From NCBI GenBank assembly GCA_964512095.1, contig CAZEIH010000017.1, forward strand, positions 267 to 64,266: a DNA stretch of 64,000 bases, read 5' to 3'. The DNA comes from an uncultured Oscillospiraceae bacterium (GTDB lineage Bacteria; Bacillota; Clostridia; Acetivibrionales; DTU013). Under the pieces are notes generated by a model, which was given only the letters and a program-made list of their open reading frames with translations, was not told the origin of the DNA and ran no database searches. Positions 1-11,700 of the stretch are shown here, piece after piece (positions within the stretch are counted from its first letter, which is position 1; each line of letters opens with the position of its first letter). A program made the position numbers and the translations under genes.

Positions 1-101
1 TAATGGATTTGAGCTAACACCCATCCTGCAGGGATGGAATGATGAAATAAACGCTGCATGTATATAAATCACATACGTGGACCAATAACACAAGCAGTCT
101 C

Positions 102-3100
102 CTAAGCCTGTTCCTGCCGGTAACCTGTTGCTGCTTTTCCTTTAGCTTGTGCGATACCCCTAACTCCCTCGCTAATTCCATCTCCTGCAGCATCTCTATT
201 CACCCCGACTGATTCATCACACTCCGAAACAGTCTCTGCCTCCATATTCCTAAATGCAGAAGCAAGCATCAGCTTAATCCTGTTTAGCTGGTTTACCTCA
301 CTGGCACCGGGGTCATAGTCCACTGGTACAATATTTGCATTGGGGAATTTCTTCTTCAGTACCTTTATCATTCCCTTGCCCGTAACATGGTTGGGCAGGC
401 AGGCAAAGGGCTGCATACAAACAATGTTGGCAGCACCCTCCTCGATTAGCTCAATCATCTCAGCAGTCAGGAACCACCCCTCACCGGTGCAGTTCCCCAG
501 TGAAAGTACATCAGAAGCCTTCTTTGCAAGCTTAAATATCGACGAAGGCGAATCAAACCGTTTACTGGCAGCAAGCACACGCTTCATATACCATCTGTAA
601 TACTCAATGCCCAATATAGCCAGGTTATTGGCAAGCTTAACAATAAAGCTCTCAGCCAAGTATCTTCGTTTAAAATTGGCTCCAAAAGCACAGTAGAGGA
701 AAAAGTCGATTAGGTCAGGCATTACAGCCTCAGCACCCTCATTTTCAATAACATCCACCACATCATTATTAGCTGTTGGATGGAACTTCACAAGAATCTC
801 TCCAACAAGACCAACCCTCGGCTTTCGAACGTCCACCAGTTCAAGAGCATCAAAGTCCCGGACAATCTGTCTAATGTTCCGTCTAAAGGTACTGTGCTTA
901 CCGCTTCTAACAGACTCCTTACAACGCTCCACCCAGCTGTCATAAAGTAGATTAGCCGACCCCTTTATTTTTTCATAGGGCCTCACTCTATAAAGGACCC
1001 GCATCAATAAATCGCCGTATACCAAAGCAATCAGCGACTTATTCAACATACTCCTGGTTATCTTGAAGCCTGGATTACTCTCCATTCCCAGCGCATTAAG
1101 GGAAATTACAGGAATATTCGCAAAGCCTGCGTCCTTCAGAGCCTTTCTAATGAAGCCAATATAATTCGTAGCCCTACAACCGCCTCCGGTTTGAGAAATA
1201 ATCACAGAAACATTATCCAAATCATAACGGCCGGATTTAAGCGCCTCCACAAGCTGACCTGTTGTAAGTATGGAGGGATAGCAGGCATCATTATTAACAT
1301 ACTTTAAGCCCTCGTCAACAGCGCCCCTGTCAACAGATGGCAGTATCTCTAAATTGTACCCGGCTTCACGAAATGCTGTCTCGACAAACTGAAAATGTAT
1401 GGGAGACATCTGGGGTGACAATATTGTATGCCTACCTCGCATTTCCTCAGTAAAAGGCACCTTAGTAAAGCTGTAAACACTATCAGTACGCTCAAAACAG
1501 TTCCTATCCCTCTCCTCCATAGCTGCCTTCAGCGAACGCAGCCTAATCCTTGCAGCTCCAAGGTTGTTAATCTCATCAATTTTGAGAACCGTATATATCT
1601 TTCCGGATTCATGAAGAATCTCCTGTACCTGATCCGTCGTTACCGCATCAAGGCCACAGCCAAAGGAATTAAGCTGGACAAGTTCCAAATAATCTTTCGT
1701 ACTAACAAATGTTGCGGCTGCGTAAAGTCTAGTATGGTACATCCACTGGTCAACAATACGTAAAGGCCTCACCGTATTTGCCAGATGTGAAACAGAATCC
1801 TCAGTAAGCACAGCCATTCCAAATTCGGTAATCAGGTTTGGAAGACCGTGGTTTATCTCAGGGTCAATGTGATAAGGCCTTCCAGCCAGTACAATACCCT
1901 TTCCCCCGGTTTTCGCCAGCTGCGTCAGTACTTCCTCACCCTTCATCCTAATTGCTGCCTTAAACCGCTCATCTTCCTCCCAGGCCTTTTTTACTGCAGA
2001 TTTCACTTCACCCTTCGTCAAACCAAAGCCCTTTAGCTCCTCATACAGTCTGTCTGCCAAACGCTCCTTGTTATAATACGGTAAAAAGGGGTTCATAAAA
2101 TTAATATTATTTTCCTCAAGCGCCTCCACATTTGTCTTAATTACTTCAGAATAGGAGGTTACAATTGGGCAGTTAAAATAATTATCAGCCTTATCATCCT
2201 CTTTCTTCTCATAAGGCAAGCATGGATAAAAGATATTCTTAACTCCACTTTTTATAAGGCTCATAATATGTCCGTGAACGAGCTTTGCTGGATAACACAC
2301 TGACTCGGAGGGCATCGTTTCTATACCCATCTCATAAATCTTTCTGTTTGATCTAGGCGAAAGCACCACTCTAAACTTCAACTGGGTAAAAAACGTATGC
2401 CAGAATGGGTAATTTTCATAAATATTCAAAACCCTAGGTATCCCTATAACACCGCGGACAGCAGCTTTCTCATCCAATGACTTATAAGAGCCCAGTAGCC
2501 TGTATTTATAATCAAAAAGATTAGGCGGAGCATCCTCCTTGCGAATCTCGCCTCCGGCACCTCTCTCACAACGGTTACCCGATACAAACACCCTGCCATC
2601 AGTAAAATTGTTAATCGTCAGCAGACAACTATTGCTGCATTTACCACAGCGTTGCAGTGTAATCTCCGTCTGGAAGCTCTCCAGCTCGTTAACACTCATG
2701 ATGCCGCTACTTTCCCCTTCTACACTGCGCTCCAGTGCTATAAGCGCCGCACCATATGCCCCCATAATGCCAGCTATATCAGGCCTGACGGCCTCTCTCC
2801 CGGAAATCAGTTCAAAGCTCCTCAACACAGCAGCATTGTAAAACGTGCCACCCTGTACAACTATTTTTTTGCCAAGCTCCTTTGGATCCCTTATTTTAAT
2901 AACCTTCATCAGAGCATTCTTTATTACTGAATAAGACAAGCCTGACGAAATATCTCCAACAGTGGCCCCTTCCTTCTGGGCCTGCTTAACTCTAGAATTT
3001 ATAAAAACAGTACATCTTGAGCCAAGATCCACAGGGTTTTTCGCCAGAAGTGCTTCCTTTGCAAAAGCCTCAACCTCCATATTCAGGGAGTAAGCAAAGG

Positions 3101-4463
3101 TCTCGATAAATGATCCGCAACCAGATGAACACGCTTCATTAAGCATAATATTGTCGATTACACCATTCTTCACCTGCATACACTTCATATCCTGGCCGCC
3201 AATATCCAATATAAAATCAACACCAGGCAAAAAATGCTCTGCCGCCTTATAATGCGCAATTGTCTCTATCTCACCCAAATCCACATTTAGGGCAGCTTTA
3301 ATCAGGCCTTCTCCATAACCTGTTACTGTCGAATTGGCAATATAGGTATCCGAAGGCATTTTTGCATACAGCTTTTTCATTTCCTTTATAACAGATTTAA
3401 GCGGGCTACCTTTATTGCTACCATAGTGGTAATACAGCAAAGCCCCCTCAATATCCGTCAGTGCAAGCTTCGTAGTAGTTGAACCTGCATCAATACCAAG
3501 ATAGCATGGCCCGTGATGTGAATCCAGAGGCCTTCTCTTTACAGTATGCCTGGAATGCCTTCGATTAAATTCGCCAAGCTGAATTTCATCTTCAAAAAGG
3601 GGACTAAGCCTTGCAACCTCTTTTACATCCGCCTCATTAATCGCTGGAAGCCTACTTCGCAATGCCCTAAAGCTAATTGGCTTCATCTGTTTAGATGACA
3701 AGGCGGCGCCTGTTGCCACAAAAAGCTGGGAATTTTCCGGGAACAGTACCTGGTCATCCACCAATCCCAGTGTCTCCACAAATCTCATTCTAAGCTCTGG
3801 GAGAAAATACAGCGGACCACCAAGAAAGGCCACATTACCCCTGATAGGCCTGCCACAAGCCAAGCCGCTTATGGTCTGATTGACTACAGACTGAAAAACC
3901 GACGCAGCAATATCCTCCTTAGCTGCTCCTTCGTTCAAAAGCGGCTGGATATCCGTCTTAGCAAAAACACCGCACCTAGCAGCAATGGGATATATTACCT
4001 TGTAACCTTGGGCAAGCTTATTAAGTCCAGTAGCATCAGTCTGTAGCAAGGATGCCATCTGGTCAATAAATGCTCCTGTACCGCCGGCACAGGTTCCATT
4101 CATACGCTGCTCTATACTCCCACCAAAAAAAGTTATCTTAGCATCCTCGCCACCAAGCTCAATAGCCACATCGGTCTGAGGAATTATTTTCTCAATAGCA
4201 CCGGTAGCTGCAACTACCTCCTGCTCAAAAGGAAGACCAAGCCATTGGGCTACAGAAATGCCTCCTGAACCAGTAAGAGTCACTGTCAGGTCGTCCTCCT
4301 CAAACATGGCACAGGTATCATCAACCAGGCTGTATATAGTATTTCTGATATCCGAAAAATGCCTCTGATATTTGCTGTAAATCGACCTGTCGTTTGTATC
4401 AAGCACAACAAGCTTAACTGTTGTGGAGCCAACATCTAGGCCCATGTGTAAAAGTCGTTTCAT
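102..4463 (-). CDS. CoA-substrate-specific enzyme activase / 2-hydroxyacyl-CoA dehydratase-related fusion protein
   Basis: 1459-aa ORF. Two tandem BadF/BadG/BcrA/BcrD-type ATPase modules each open with a phosphate-1 motif ([11 protein letters not shown]; [12 protein letters not shown]). A large HgdB/DUF2229-like C-terminal part follows. Start placed at ATG 4463, 5 nt after GGGAG. Confidence 0.8.
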   Translation of the reverse strand: MKRLLHMGLDVGSTTVKLVVLDTNDRSIYSKYQRHFSDIRNTIYSLVDDTCAMFEEDDLTVTLTGSGGISVAQWLGLPFEQEVVAATGAIEKIIPQTDVAIELGGEDAKITFFGGSIEQRMNGTCAGGTGAFIDQMASLLQTDATGLNKLAQGYKVIYPIAARCGVFAKTDIQPLLNEGAAKEDIAASVFQSVVNQTISGLACGRPIRGNVAFLGGPLYFLPELRMRFVETLGLVDDQVLFPENSQLFVATGAALSSKQMKPISFRALRSRLPAINEADVKEVARLSPLFEDEIQLGEFNRRHSRHTVKRRPLDSHHGPCYLGIDAGSTTTKLALTDIEGALLYYHYGSNKGSPLKSVIKEMKKLYAKMPSDTYIANSTVTGYGEGLIKAALNVDLGEIETIAHYKAAEHFLPGVDFILDIGGQDMKCMQVKNGVIDNIMLNEACSSGCGSFIETFAYSLNMEVEAFAKEALLAKNPVDLGSRCTVFINSRVKQAQKEGATVGDISSGLSYSVIKNALMKVIKIRDPKELGKKIVVQGGTFYNAAVLRSFELISGREAVRPDIAGIMGAYGAALIALERSVEGESSGIMSVNELESFQTEITLQRCGKCSNSCLLTINNFTDGRVFVSGNRCERGAGGEIRKEDAPPNLFDYKYRLLGSYKSLDEKAAVRGVIGIPRVLNIYENYPFWHTFFTQLKFRVVLSPRSNRKIYEMGIETMPSESVCYPAKLVHGHIMSLIKSGVKNIFYPCLPYEKKEDDKADNYFNCPIVTSYSEVIKTNVEALEENNINFMNPFLPYYNKERLADRLYEELKGFGLTKGEVKSAVKKAWEEDERFKAAIRMKGEEVLTQLAKTGGKGIVLAGRPYHIDPEINHGLPNLITEFGMAVLTEDSVSHLANTVRPLRIVDQWMYHTRLYAAATFVSTKDYLELVQLNSFGCGLDAVTTDQVQEILHESGKIYTVLKIDEINNLGAARIRLRSLKAAMEERDRNCFERTDSVYSFTKVPFTEEMRGRHTILSPQMSPIHFQFVETAFREAGYNLEILPSVDRGAVDEGLKYVNNDACYPSILTTGQLVEALKSGRYDLDNVSVIISQTGGGCRATNYIGFIRKALKDAGFANIPVISLNALGMESNPGFKITRSMLNKSLIALVYGDLLMRVLYRVRPYEKIKGSANLLYDSWVERCKESVRSGKHSTFRRNIRQIVRDFDALELVDVRKPRVGLVGEILVKFHPTANNDVVDVIENEGAEAVMPDLIDFFLYCAFGANFKRRYLAESFIVKLANNLAILGIEYYRWYMKRVLAASKRFDSPSSIFKLAKKASDVLSLGNCTGEGWFLTAEMIELIEEGAANIVCMQPFACLPNHVTGKGMIKVLKKKFPNANIVPVDYDPGASEVNQLNRIKLMLASAFRNMEAETVSECDESVGVNRDAAGDGISEGVRGIAQAKGKAATGYRQEQA

Positions 4464-4594
4464 TATAACTCCCAAAATCATCTAATATTATATTCTTAAT
4501 CACATAAGAACAATACGAATTTGTTGACAACTTGTTTTATTTTATAAATTCTTATATCTATGTTCCGACATTATATTAGCACATTTTTGCCCGA

Positions 4595-4627
4595 AACGAA
4601 ACAAAAGCATCAATCCAATATTGATGC
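4595..4627 (-). terminator. rho-independent terminator downstream of lepB
   Basis: Perfect 8-bp stem GCATCAAT/ATTGATGC (4607-4627) with a 5-nt loop. On the minus strand it is followed by TTTTGTTTCGTTT. Confidence 0.6.
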
Positions 4628-4671
4628 TTCATAAGTTGTAGCCGTTAAAATCCATCCTTTGCTAGAAATAA

Positions 4672-5226
4672 CTAATCCATAATGCCAAACCTGCTAAATG
4701 GAAAAACTCTGAATATAGCCCGGCCAGTTATCCATTCCTCCTCAATTGGGCCAAACTCCGTACTGTCATGACTGTAGGGCCTGTTGTCGCCAAGAATATA
4801 GACCATGCCCTCTGGCACTGTAAGGTCTGTATGTTCGCTTATAAGCCCCTGGGGTGTTTCCGGCTCCTCAGGCAAGCCAATCAATGAAAGCTCTCCATTT
4901 ACATAAACCTTGCCCTCCTTGACCTCCAGCCTATCACCCTCAACTGCAATAAGTCTCTTAATAAGGAGTATATCAGCATCAGGCGACTTAAAAACTATAA
5001 TATCACCTCTATTTAGCCAACCAAAGCGGCATCCCAGCTTCTCCACAAACAAATTGTCTCCATCTGTCAACGTGGGCTCCATAGATATATCATGCACAAC
5101 GGTTCTCTGAACCACAAAAGTAGCAATTAGCACCCCCACAACAACTGCAACTAAAATATGAAGAAACCAATCCAGCACTTCGTTCTTCTTTTTCTTATTT
5201 TCCTGCTTCGTAACACTCTCCTCCAA
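4672..5226 (-). CDS. lepB: signal peptidase I
   Basis: N-terminal TM helix, Ser box SMEPTL, Lys box IKRLIAVEGD and box E GDNRPYSHDS. Confidence 0.85.
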   Translation of the reverse strand: MEESVTKQENKKKKNEVLDWFLHILVAVVVGVLIATFVVQRTVVHDISMEPTLTDGDNLFVEKLGCRFGWLNRGDIIVFKSPDADILLIKRLIAVEGDRLEVKEGKVYVNGELSLIGLPEEPETPQGLISEHTDLTVPEGMVYILGDNRPYSHDSTEFGPIEEEWITGRAIFRVFPFSRFGIMD

Positions 5227-5292
5227 TCCCTCGAACCCCAGGGACCACCAAGCTAGCCTCTTCCACCAGGCTTTGCTTGTCCCATACTTCGC

Positions 5293-7071
5293 TTACTCAA
5301 CCACCTTCAGGTGTAGCTCCTTCAGCTGTTTCTCATCTACAACATCCGGCGCATTAGTCATCAGGTCCGAAGCATTTTGGACCTTCGGGAAGGCAATAAC
5401 ATCCTTAATGCTACTTTTGCCGGCCATTAGCATTATCATCCTGTCCAGGCCATAGGCAATGCCACCATGAGGCGGCACACCATACTTAAATGCCTCCAGC
5501 AGGTAGCCAAACTTAGCCCAGGCTTCTTCCTCAGTAAAGCCCAGCAGCTTGAACATTTTAGTCTGCAGGTCCTGCATATGAATCCTGATGCTGCCTCCAC
5601 CAAGCTCTGTGCCATTAAGTACGATATCGTAAGCCTTTGCACGAACCCTAGCTGGGTCACTTTCTAAATACTCCATATCCTCATCTATAGGTGAGGTAAA
5701 TGGATGGTGCTTTGCAACCCAGCGCTCTTCTTCCTCATCATACTCAAGCAGTGGAAATTCGGTAACCCACAGAAATTTAAAATCTTTGTTATCTAAAATG
5801 TCAATTCTTTTAGCAATCTCGACTCTCAGCGCTCCAAGTGAATCCAAGACCACCTGGTCTTTGTCTGCAATAAAGCATATCAAGTCTCCTGGTTCAGCAC
5901 CAGTCCTGTCAAGTAGAGCTTTCATTTCGTCCTCATTGAAAAACTTTGCTATAGATGATCTTACCTCATTCTCCTCCACAACAATCCAGGCCATACCCTT
6001 AGCCCTGTATGTTTTTACGTATTCCACCAGACTATCGATTTCCTTACGGCTGAACTTGCCACAGCCCTTGGCATTGATGGCACGCACACTGCCGCCCTTT
6101 ACCACTGCATCTGCAAACACCTTGAAGCCTGACTGTGCAACCAAGTCAGAAACATTCACCAACTCCATGCCAAATCGCATATCCGGCTTATCTGAACCGA
6201 ACCTGTCCATTGCCTCCCGATAGGGCATTCTAAGAAAAGGAGTCTCCAGGTCTACACCCAGTGCTTCCTTAAAGGCCTTCTTAATAAAACCCTCATTCAG
6301 AGTAATAATATCATCTACATTAACAAATGACATCTCAAGGTCAATCTGCGTAAACTCAGGCTGCCTGTCAGCTCTTAAATCTTCATCTCTAAAACATTTA
6401 ACAATCTGTATGTATCTATCAAAGCCCGATACCATAAGCAGCTGCTTGAATAGCTGAGGTGATTGAGGCAAGGCGTAAAATTTCCCCGGATGAACCCTGC
6501 TGGGCACAAGATAGTCTCTTGCCCCTTCCGGTGAGCTTTTAATCAGCATCGGTGTCTCTATTTCTAAAAATCCATGCTCATCAAAATAGTCCCTTGCAAT
6601 CTTAGCCACTCTATGTCGCAGCATCAAACCTTCCTGTATATCAGGTCTTCTAAGATCAAGATACCTGTACTTGAGCTTCATCGCTTCATTAACCCCAGAA
6701 TCTGCTTCTATATGCATCGGTGGTGTCTCTGAGCTGCTCAGGATCCTTAGCTCCAACGCATTAACCTCTATTTCACCTGTTTTCATAGTTGAATTAATAG
6801 CTTCAGAAGCCCTTGGCGCAACCTCGCCTACAACAGCGAGTACATACTCGTTTCTAATGCTTTCAGCCTTATCAAAAACATCCTTATCCGTAAGATTGCT
6901 AAAAACTATCTGAAGTAAACCTGTTCGGTCCCTTAAATCCACAAAAATCAAGCTTCCAAGGTTCCTGCGTTTTTGAACCCATCCCATGACTGTTACCTTT
7001 TTCCCTATATCAGCTGCACTGAGCTCAGTACACCTATGAGTTCTCTTTAAACCGTAAATTGTCTCTCCCAT
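5293..7071 (-). CDS. aspS: aspartate--tRNA ligase
   Basis: 592 aa. Class II motifs FRDEDLRADRQPEFTQID, GGGSIRIH and PPHGGIAYGLDR, with an N-terminal OB anticodon-binding region. Confidence 0.95.
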   Translation of the reverse strand: MGETIYGLKRTHRCTELSAADIGKKVTVMGWVQKRRNLGSLIFVDLRDRTGLLQIVFSNLTDKDVFDKAESIRNEYVLAVVGEVAPRASEAINSTMKTGEIEVNALELRILSSSETPPMHIEADSGVNEAMKLKYRYLDLRRPDIQEGLMLRHRVAKIARDYFDEHGFLEIETPMLIKSSPEGARDYLVPSRVHPGKFYALPQSPQLFKQLLMVSGFDRYIQIVKCFRDEDLRADRQPEFTQIDLEMSFVNVDDIITLNEGFIKKAFKEALGVDLETPFLRMPYREAMDRFGSDKPDMRFGMELVNVSDLVAQSGFKVFADAVVKGGSVRAINAKGCGKFSRKEIDSLVEYVKTYRAKGMAWIVVEENEVRSSIAKFFNEDEMKALLDRTGAEPGDLICFIADKDQVVLDSLGALRVEIAKRIDILDNKDFKFLWVTEFPLLEYDEEEERWVAKHHPFTSPIDEDMEYLESDPARVRAKAYDIVLNGTELGGGSIRIHMQDLQTKMFKLLGFTEEEAWAKFGYLLEAFKYGVPPHGGIAYGLDRMIMLMAGKSSIKDVIAFPKVQNASDLMTNAPDVVDEKQLKELHLKVVE

Positions 7072-7156
7072 AAGCTAACACCTATCCCTATCTGCGAGTA
7101 TTCGCTAACTGTTTCATAATTTATGCGCCTGCCTAATATAAGCCTGTAGTCCGTAG

Positions 7157-8419
7157 CTATTTTGCTTGATTCTTCAGCCTGTCGACAATAGAATCCAGGC
7201 TCACATCTTTTTGGTCACCTGTCTTCATATCCTTCAAAACTCCCTTGCCGGCTTCAATCTCGTCATCACCAACTACAATAGTAAAAGAAAAACCCTTTTT
7301 GTCAGCATACTTCATCTGTGACTTAAGACTGCGTCCCATCAAGTCTGTCTCAGCCCTTACACCAAAACCCCTGAGCTTATAAACTAACTGCTGCGCGAAA
7401 TCCAGCGCATTCTGACCAAGTACTGCAATATATATATCCGGGGTAGGCGGCTCAGCAACCTCCACTCCCTGACTGTCAAGCTCCATGAGTAGTCTCTCAA
7501 CCCCAAGGGCAAATCCAATACCCGGTGTAGGCGGACCACCACACTCCTCCACCAGACCATCATATCTGCCTCCGCCACAAATCGTACCCTGTGAGCCTCC
7601 ATTTTCCGAAACAAACTCAAAAACAGTCTTTGTATAATAATCCAGCCCTCTAACTATATTAGGATCCAGGCTGTATTTGATTCCCAGATTGTCAAGTCCC
7701 GACCTCAACCCGTTAAAGTGGATACGACATTCATCGCACAGGTTATCTACCAGAGTCGGTGCCCCTGGGATAAACCTATTGCAGCCCTCATTCTTGCAAT
7801 CTATAATGCGTAACGGATTCTTTTCAAATCTGTTTTTACAATCATCACAAAAATTTGATAAATTAGGCCTAAAGTATTCCTTAAGCTTTTTATGATATGA
7901 GGACCTGCACGTTGGACATCCTATGCTGTTAATATTTAAACCAGTTTGCTTCAGACCAAGCTTTTCGAAAAACATATACAGGATGCTGATGACCTCAACA
8001 TCGATCTCCGGGCCAGCCGCTCCAAAGGCTTCTACGCCGAATTGATGGAACTCCCTATAACGACCCTTTTGAACATTTTCATATCTGTAGGCCGTTATGT
8101 CATAATACAACTTAATAGGCATGGAAAGAGAAGACATACCGTTCTCTATATAACTTCTGACAACTCCCGCTGTGCCTTCTGGTCTAAGAGTGATACTCCT
8201 ACCGCCCTTATCGTAAAACGTATACATCTCCTTCTGGACAATGTCTGTAGTATCCCCAACACCCCTCTGAAATAGCTCTGTATGTTCAAATACAGGTATC
8301 CTTATTTCTTTATACCCAAAACTGTCACAGTGATTTGCAAATGCATTACATACATATTGCCACTTGTGTATTTCCGAAGGAAGAATGTCTCGTGTTCCCT
8401 TTGGTGCCTGAATTTTCAT
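7157..8419 (-). CDS. hisS: histidine--tRNA ligase
   Basis: Motifs RYREFHQFGVE, GGGRYDGL and GFALGVERL. The track ORF begins at GTG 8422, but ATG 8419 has better spacing to AGGAGG. Confidence 0.95.
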   Translation of the reverse strand: MKIQAPKGTRDILPSEIHKWQYVCNAFANHCDSFGYKEIRIPVFEHTELFQRGVGDTTDIVQKEMYTFYDKGGRSITLRPEGTAGVVRSYIENGMSSLSMPIKLYYDITAYRYENVQKGRYREFHQFGVEAFGAAGPEIDVEVISILYMFFEKLGLKQTGLNINSIGCPTCRSSYHKKLKEYFRPNLSNFCDDCKNRFEKNPLRIIDCKNEGCNRFIPGAPTLVDNLCDECRIHFNGLRSGLDNLGIKYSLDPNIVRGLDYYTKTVFEFVSENGGSQGTICGGGRYDGLVEECGGPPTPGIGFALGVERLLMELDSQGVEVAEPPTPDIYIAVLGQNALDFAQQLVYKLRGFGVRAETDLMGRSLKSQMKYADKKGFSFTIVVGDDEIEAGKGVLKDMKTGDQKDVSLDSIVDRLKNQAK

Positions 8420-8464
8420 CACAACCTCCTGTTATACAGCTATATTACCCTACTTCCCTTGAAT

Positions 8465-8505
8465 AAACAAAACTCTCGTCAGACTATCAAGTCAAGGACG
8501 AGAGG
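8465..8505 (-). terminator. terminator-like hairpin plus U-run inside the hisS 5' leader
   Basis: Minus strand reads CTCTCGTC-(16 nt)-GACGAGAG followed by TTTTGTTTATT. It lies about 45 nt upstream of the hisS start and just downstream of a consensus promoter. Confidence 0.55.
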
Positions 8506-8513
8506 TTAACTAT

Positions 8514-8542
8514 ATTTTAATCACATTGGTTGCAGTTGTCAA
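8514..8542 (-). promoter_or_regulatory. sigma-A-type promoter for hisS-aspS
   Basis: Minus strand reads TTGACA (8542-8537), a 17-nt spacer, then TAAAAT (8519-8514). Confidence 0.55.
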
Positions 8543-8726
8543 TATGTCAAAAGTTTGGCTTACCCTTAACTCGACATCAGCTCACAAAAATAATTCGTCT
8601 TAGATGCAAAGGGTGCCTTGCACTTAGTGGCAATTATTCATGACGTGCTCCCGCCACCTATATATGCTGGGGCGGTGAGCAATGCAGCTTAGAGGTGGAG
8701 GACTTCTTGTAAGCCATGCTAAAATG

Positions 8727-11700
8727 TTACTCTGCCATACCTTTTATTATCATAGTTAGAATCTTAGCTACTTCTGCTCTTGTGGCATTGTCCTTTGGAG
8801 CAAAGTATCTTGTGTTATTCTCTCCTGCAATCCTGCCTTCGATTATGCCCGCCTGTTGCAATGCTGAAGCAGCATCAGCCGCATATGAGCTTATACTATC
8901 CTGATCTGTGAACTTCATCTTAGCACTAACCTTAGGCAATTCATACTTCATTGCCTTAGCAAAATTCCGTATCATTACAGCCATATCCTGACGTGTAATG
9001 CTAGCCTTAGGTGAGAACTGATTATTGCCCGTTCCCTTGGTGATAACATTCTCAGATGCCCAACCAACTGCTCCGGCATAGTAAACGCCATCATTCACAT
9101 CTGAAAAACCTGATGCAGAATATTTGCTCAAATCAACACCAGCTATCCTTGCAAGGAGAGTCACAAAGTCAGCCCTTGTGATATTATTGCCTGCACCGTA
9201 TTTCCCACCACCAATGCCGTTGGTAACCCCTCTTGCTGCCAGGAAGGTAACATATTCAGCTGCCCAGGCAGGAACATCAGTAAACTCCTTCTCATTGCAA
9301 CCAACTGCAATCAGTGATAAGCGGTTAGTCTTGAAGACCACTGTCTTAGTTTCCGTATTATATATGCCTCCATTCATCACGCTCATGTTTCCATTTGAAT
9401 CACCGCTGTATACAACAATGGCATTAGGATCCTCGCCAGTCTTAAGAGTATAAGGAATCCTCACGCTAACAAGACCCTTACCCAAATCAGTTACCTTTTT
9501 ACTCCCTGATGTAACTGCTAAATCATATACAGGTCTGTCACCAATCAATGTCCTGGCCTCATTTGAAAGTTTGGAAACATCAGCCTTTGTAACTTTAATC
9601 TCCACATCTGCATTGAGTTTTTTTAGGGTCTCAACAGCACCCTGATTAAATACTAATTCAACTGCTGACTTCACAGTTAAATCCTCTGCATTTTCCAGCA
9701 TTTCCATCCTAACTGATACTTTACCGCTACTATCGGTATTTATTTCGGGGTTTGTTTCACCATCACCCTGTGTAGGCAACTCAGGTACTCCTCCGCCGCC
9801 GCCAGCACCTCCACCGCCACCAGTGCCACCGCCACCGCCACCGTCACCGCCGCCGTCACCGCCACCGTCACCGTCACCGCCACCGCCACCGCCGCCGTCA
9901 CCGCCACCGTCACCGCCACCGCCACCGTCACCGCCACCGTCACCGTCACCGTCACCGCCACCGTCACCGTCACCAGAATCTGCGGTAACAGTAACATCAC
10001 ATTTTGCCGACTCATTACCAGCTTTAGCAGTAATCCATGCAGTACCCTTACTTACACCAAGTACTGCGCCATTGTTAACAGTAGCAACCGCCGGATTACT
10101 GGATTCCCATATAACCTTCTTGTTAGTTGCATTAGCAGGTGACACCGTTGCAGTAAGCTGTTTCACTTCATTAATCTTAACGACCAGGGTACTCTTATTG
10201 AGAGTTACGTCTGTTACAGGTATGTCCTTTGTATCAATTGTATTTATAATATAATCATTGGTAAAATTGTGTACACCGTTTATTGTTACAGCTACACAGT
10301 ATTCTTTACTCAAATCAAGACCAGATAGGCTTTCTTTTGTAAATACAAAGTAGCCCGGCATGTCAGAATACTCCATTAGCTCAACGGTTTTGACCGGTCT
10401 AAAATTAGTATTATTGTCCCTATCATATATGAGCGCTTTAATTATGGCAGTTTTTTCAACTTTTCCTTCTACTATAAATCCAACTAGCCCATACTCATTA
10501 CTTATTGGGTAGGAAATTTCAGCTATTGAAGATACCGGTACCATATATTTTTCAACTGTTCCCAGCATCATGGTATTGTAAATATCTTTGCCATCATATT
10601 GAGGCTTTATATAGTAATACCCGGTAGATATATCATCTTCGACCTTTGCTATAATATTATAATAATCTTCGTACTCATAACGGCCCGATGAACGGCTTAC
10701 TACAGGATTACTTACTTTTATTGTATTACCTAATAAATCCGTCATTACATATGTGAATTTAGTTGTGTCATAGGGTTCATCCTTTTTCACCATATACGCA
10801 GAGCCTTCTAACTCTATTCCGTCATTATAACCAATCTGTATTCTGGTTGACGTAGCATACAGCTTGGTATTATCTAAACAGCCAACAAATGAAGTAATCG
10901 TTTGTGTCTCTCCTAGTTCATTAGTATGCTTTATTTTAATATAATAATTTCCTTCTGCTAACTGGATATCGCTGTTTAGAGAAATAGTACCATTCAGAGA
11001 TATTGCATCCACCTTGGAGCTAATGGGCTCATTATTAATAGTAACATCTTCAGTAGCTAGACCAACAATTTTACCGCTTCTATCAGTTAATGTGACTTCA
11101 TATTGATCAGATAAACTAACCCCATAGCGTCCTTTAGACAAAAGTATGTAAAAGGGCACCTTTGTATCGGTCTTAGTGAAAAATTGTTTTCCAATGAAAC
11201 TTAGCGGTATCCCACTATCATAGGGAATGTTAAAGCTAAAAGTATCTGTATATACGCTTCTACCGTCATCATGACTATATTTCACAATATATGTACCTGA
11301 ATTAAGATCAAGAATTATTCCTGATTCATCCTTAAATTGCAGCAAATACTCCCTATCAATTGGTAAGTCTATTTCTTTCGCTAAAAGATTATCTGTAAGC
11401 TCAGAATTTTTATACAATTCAACAGTTATAGGAATACCAGGAGAATTAACAGCTTTAATTTTCAGCTCAGCTTTATTGCCATTTACCAATTCATAATCGT
11501 AAATATAAAAGTCTCTTACTATATTTAAGTATGATTGTGCACAATTGTAGTATAAGTCAAAATCAGAGCTACATTCAACATAGTAATTATCATACCCTGT
11601 GTATTTACTCTCTCCATCAAACTCTACTTTATATAAGAGGCAATTGCTAAGCTCCTGATGGTATCTGCTTTCAACAGTACTGCCAATAGTATTTCCGCTT

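Noticed and set aside
1-101. Hairpin CCATCC-TGCAG-GGATGG at about 22-38 as terminator of the first gene
   Set aside because: The stem is only 6 bp and no U-run follows on the minus strand. It is also too close to the window edge to judge.
8423-8726. T-box riboswitch upstream of hisS
   Set aside because: This is expected from Bacillus biology. However, I found no convincing AGGGUGGNACCGCG box, specifier loop or stem-I motifs. A consensus promoter sits only about 10 nt upstream of the terminator-like hairpin, which leaves too short a leader. Kept only as a question for an Rfam scan.
9823-10254. 143-aa Pro/Ser-rich plus-strand ORF (also 9740-10015 minus)
   Set aside because: It is the antisense or alternate-frame reading of the GGN/GAC repeat inside the SLH protein gene. 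It has no RBS and its composition is purely an artefact of the repeat.
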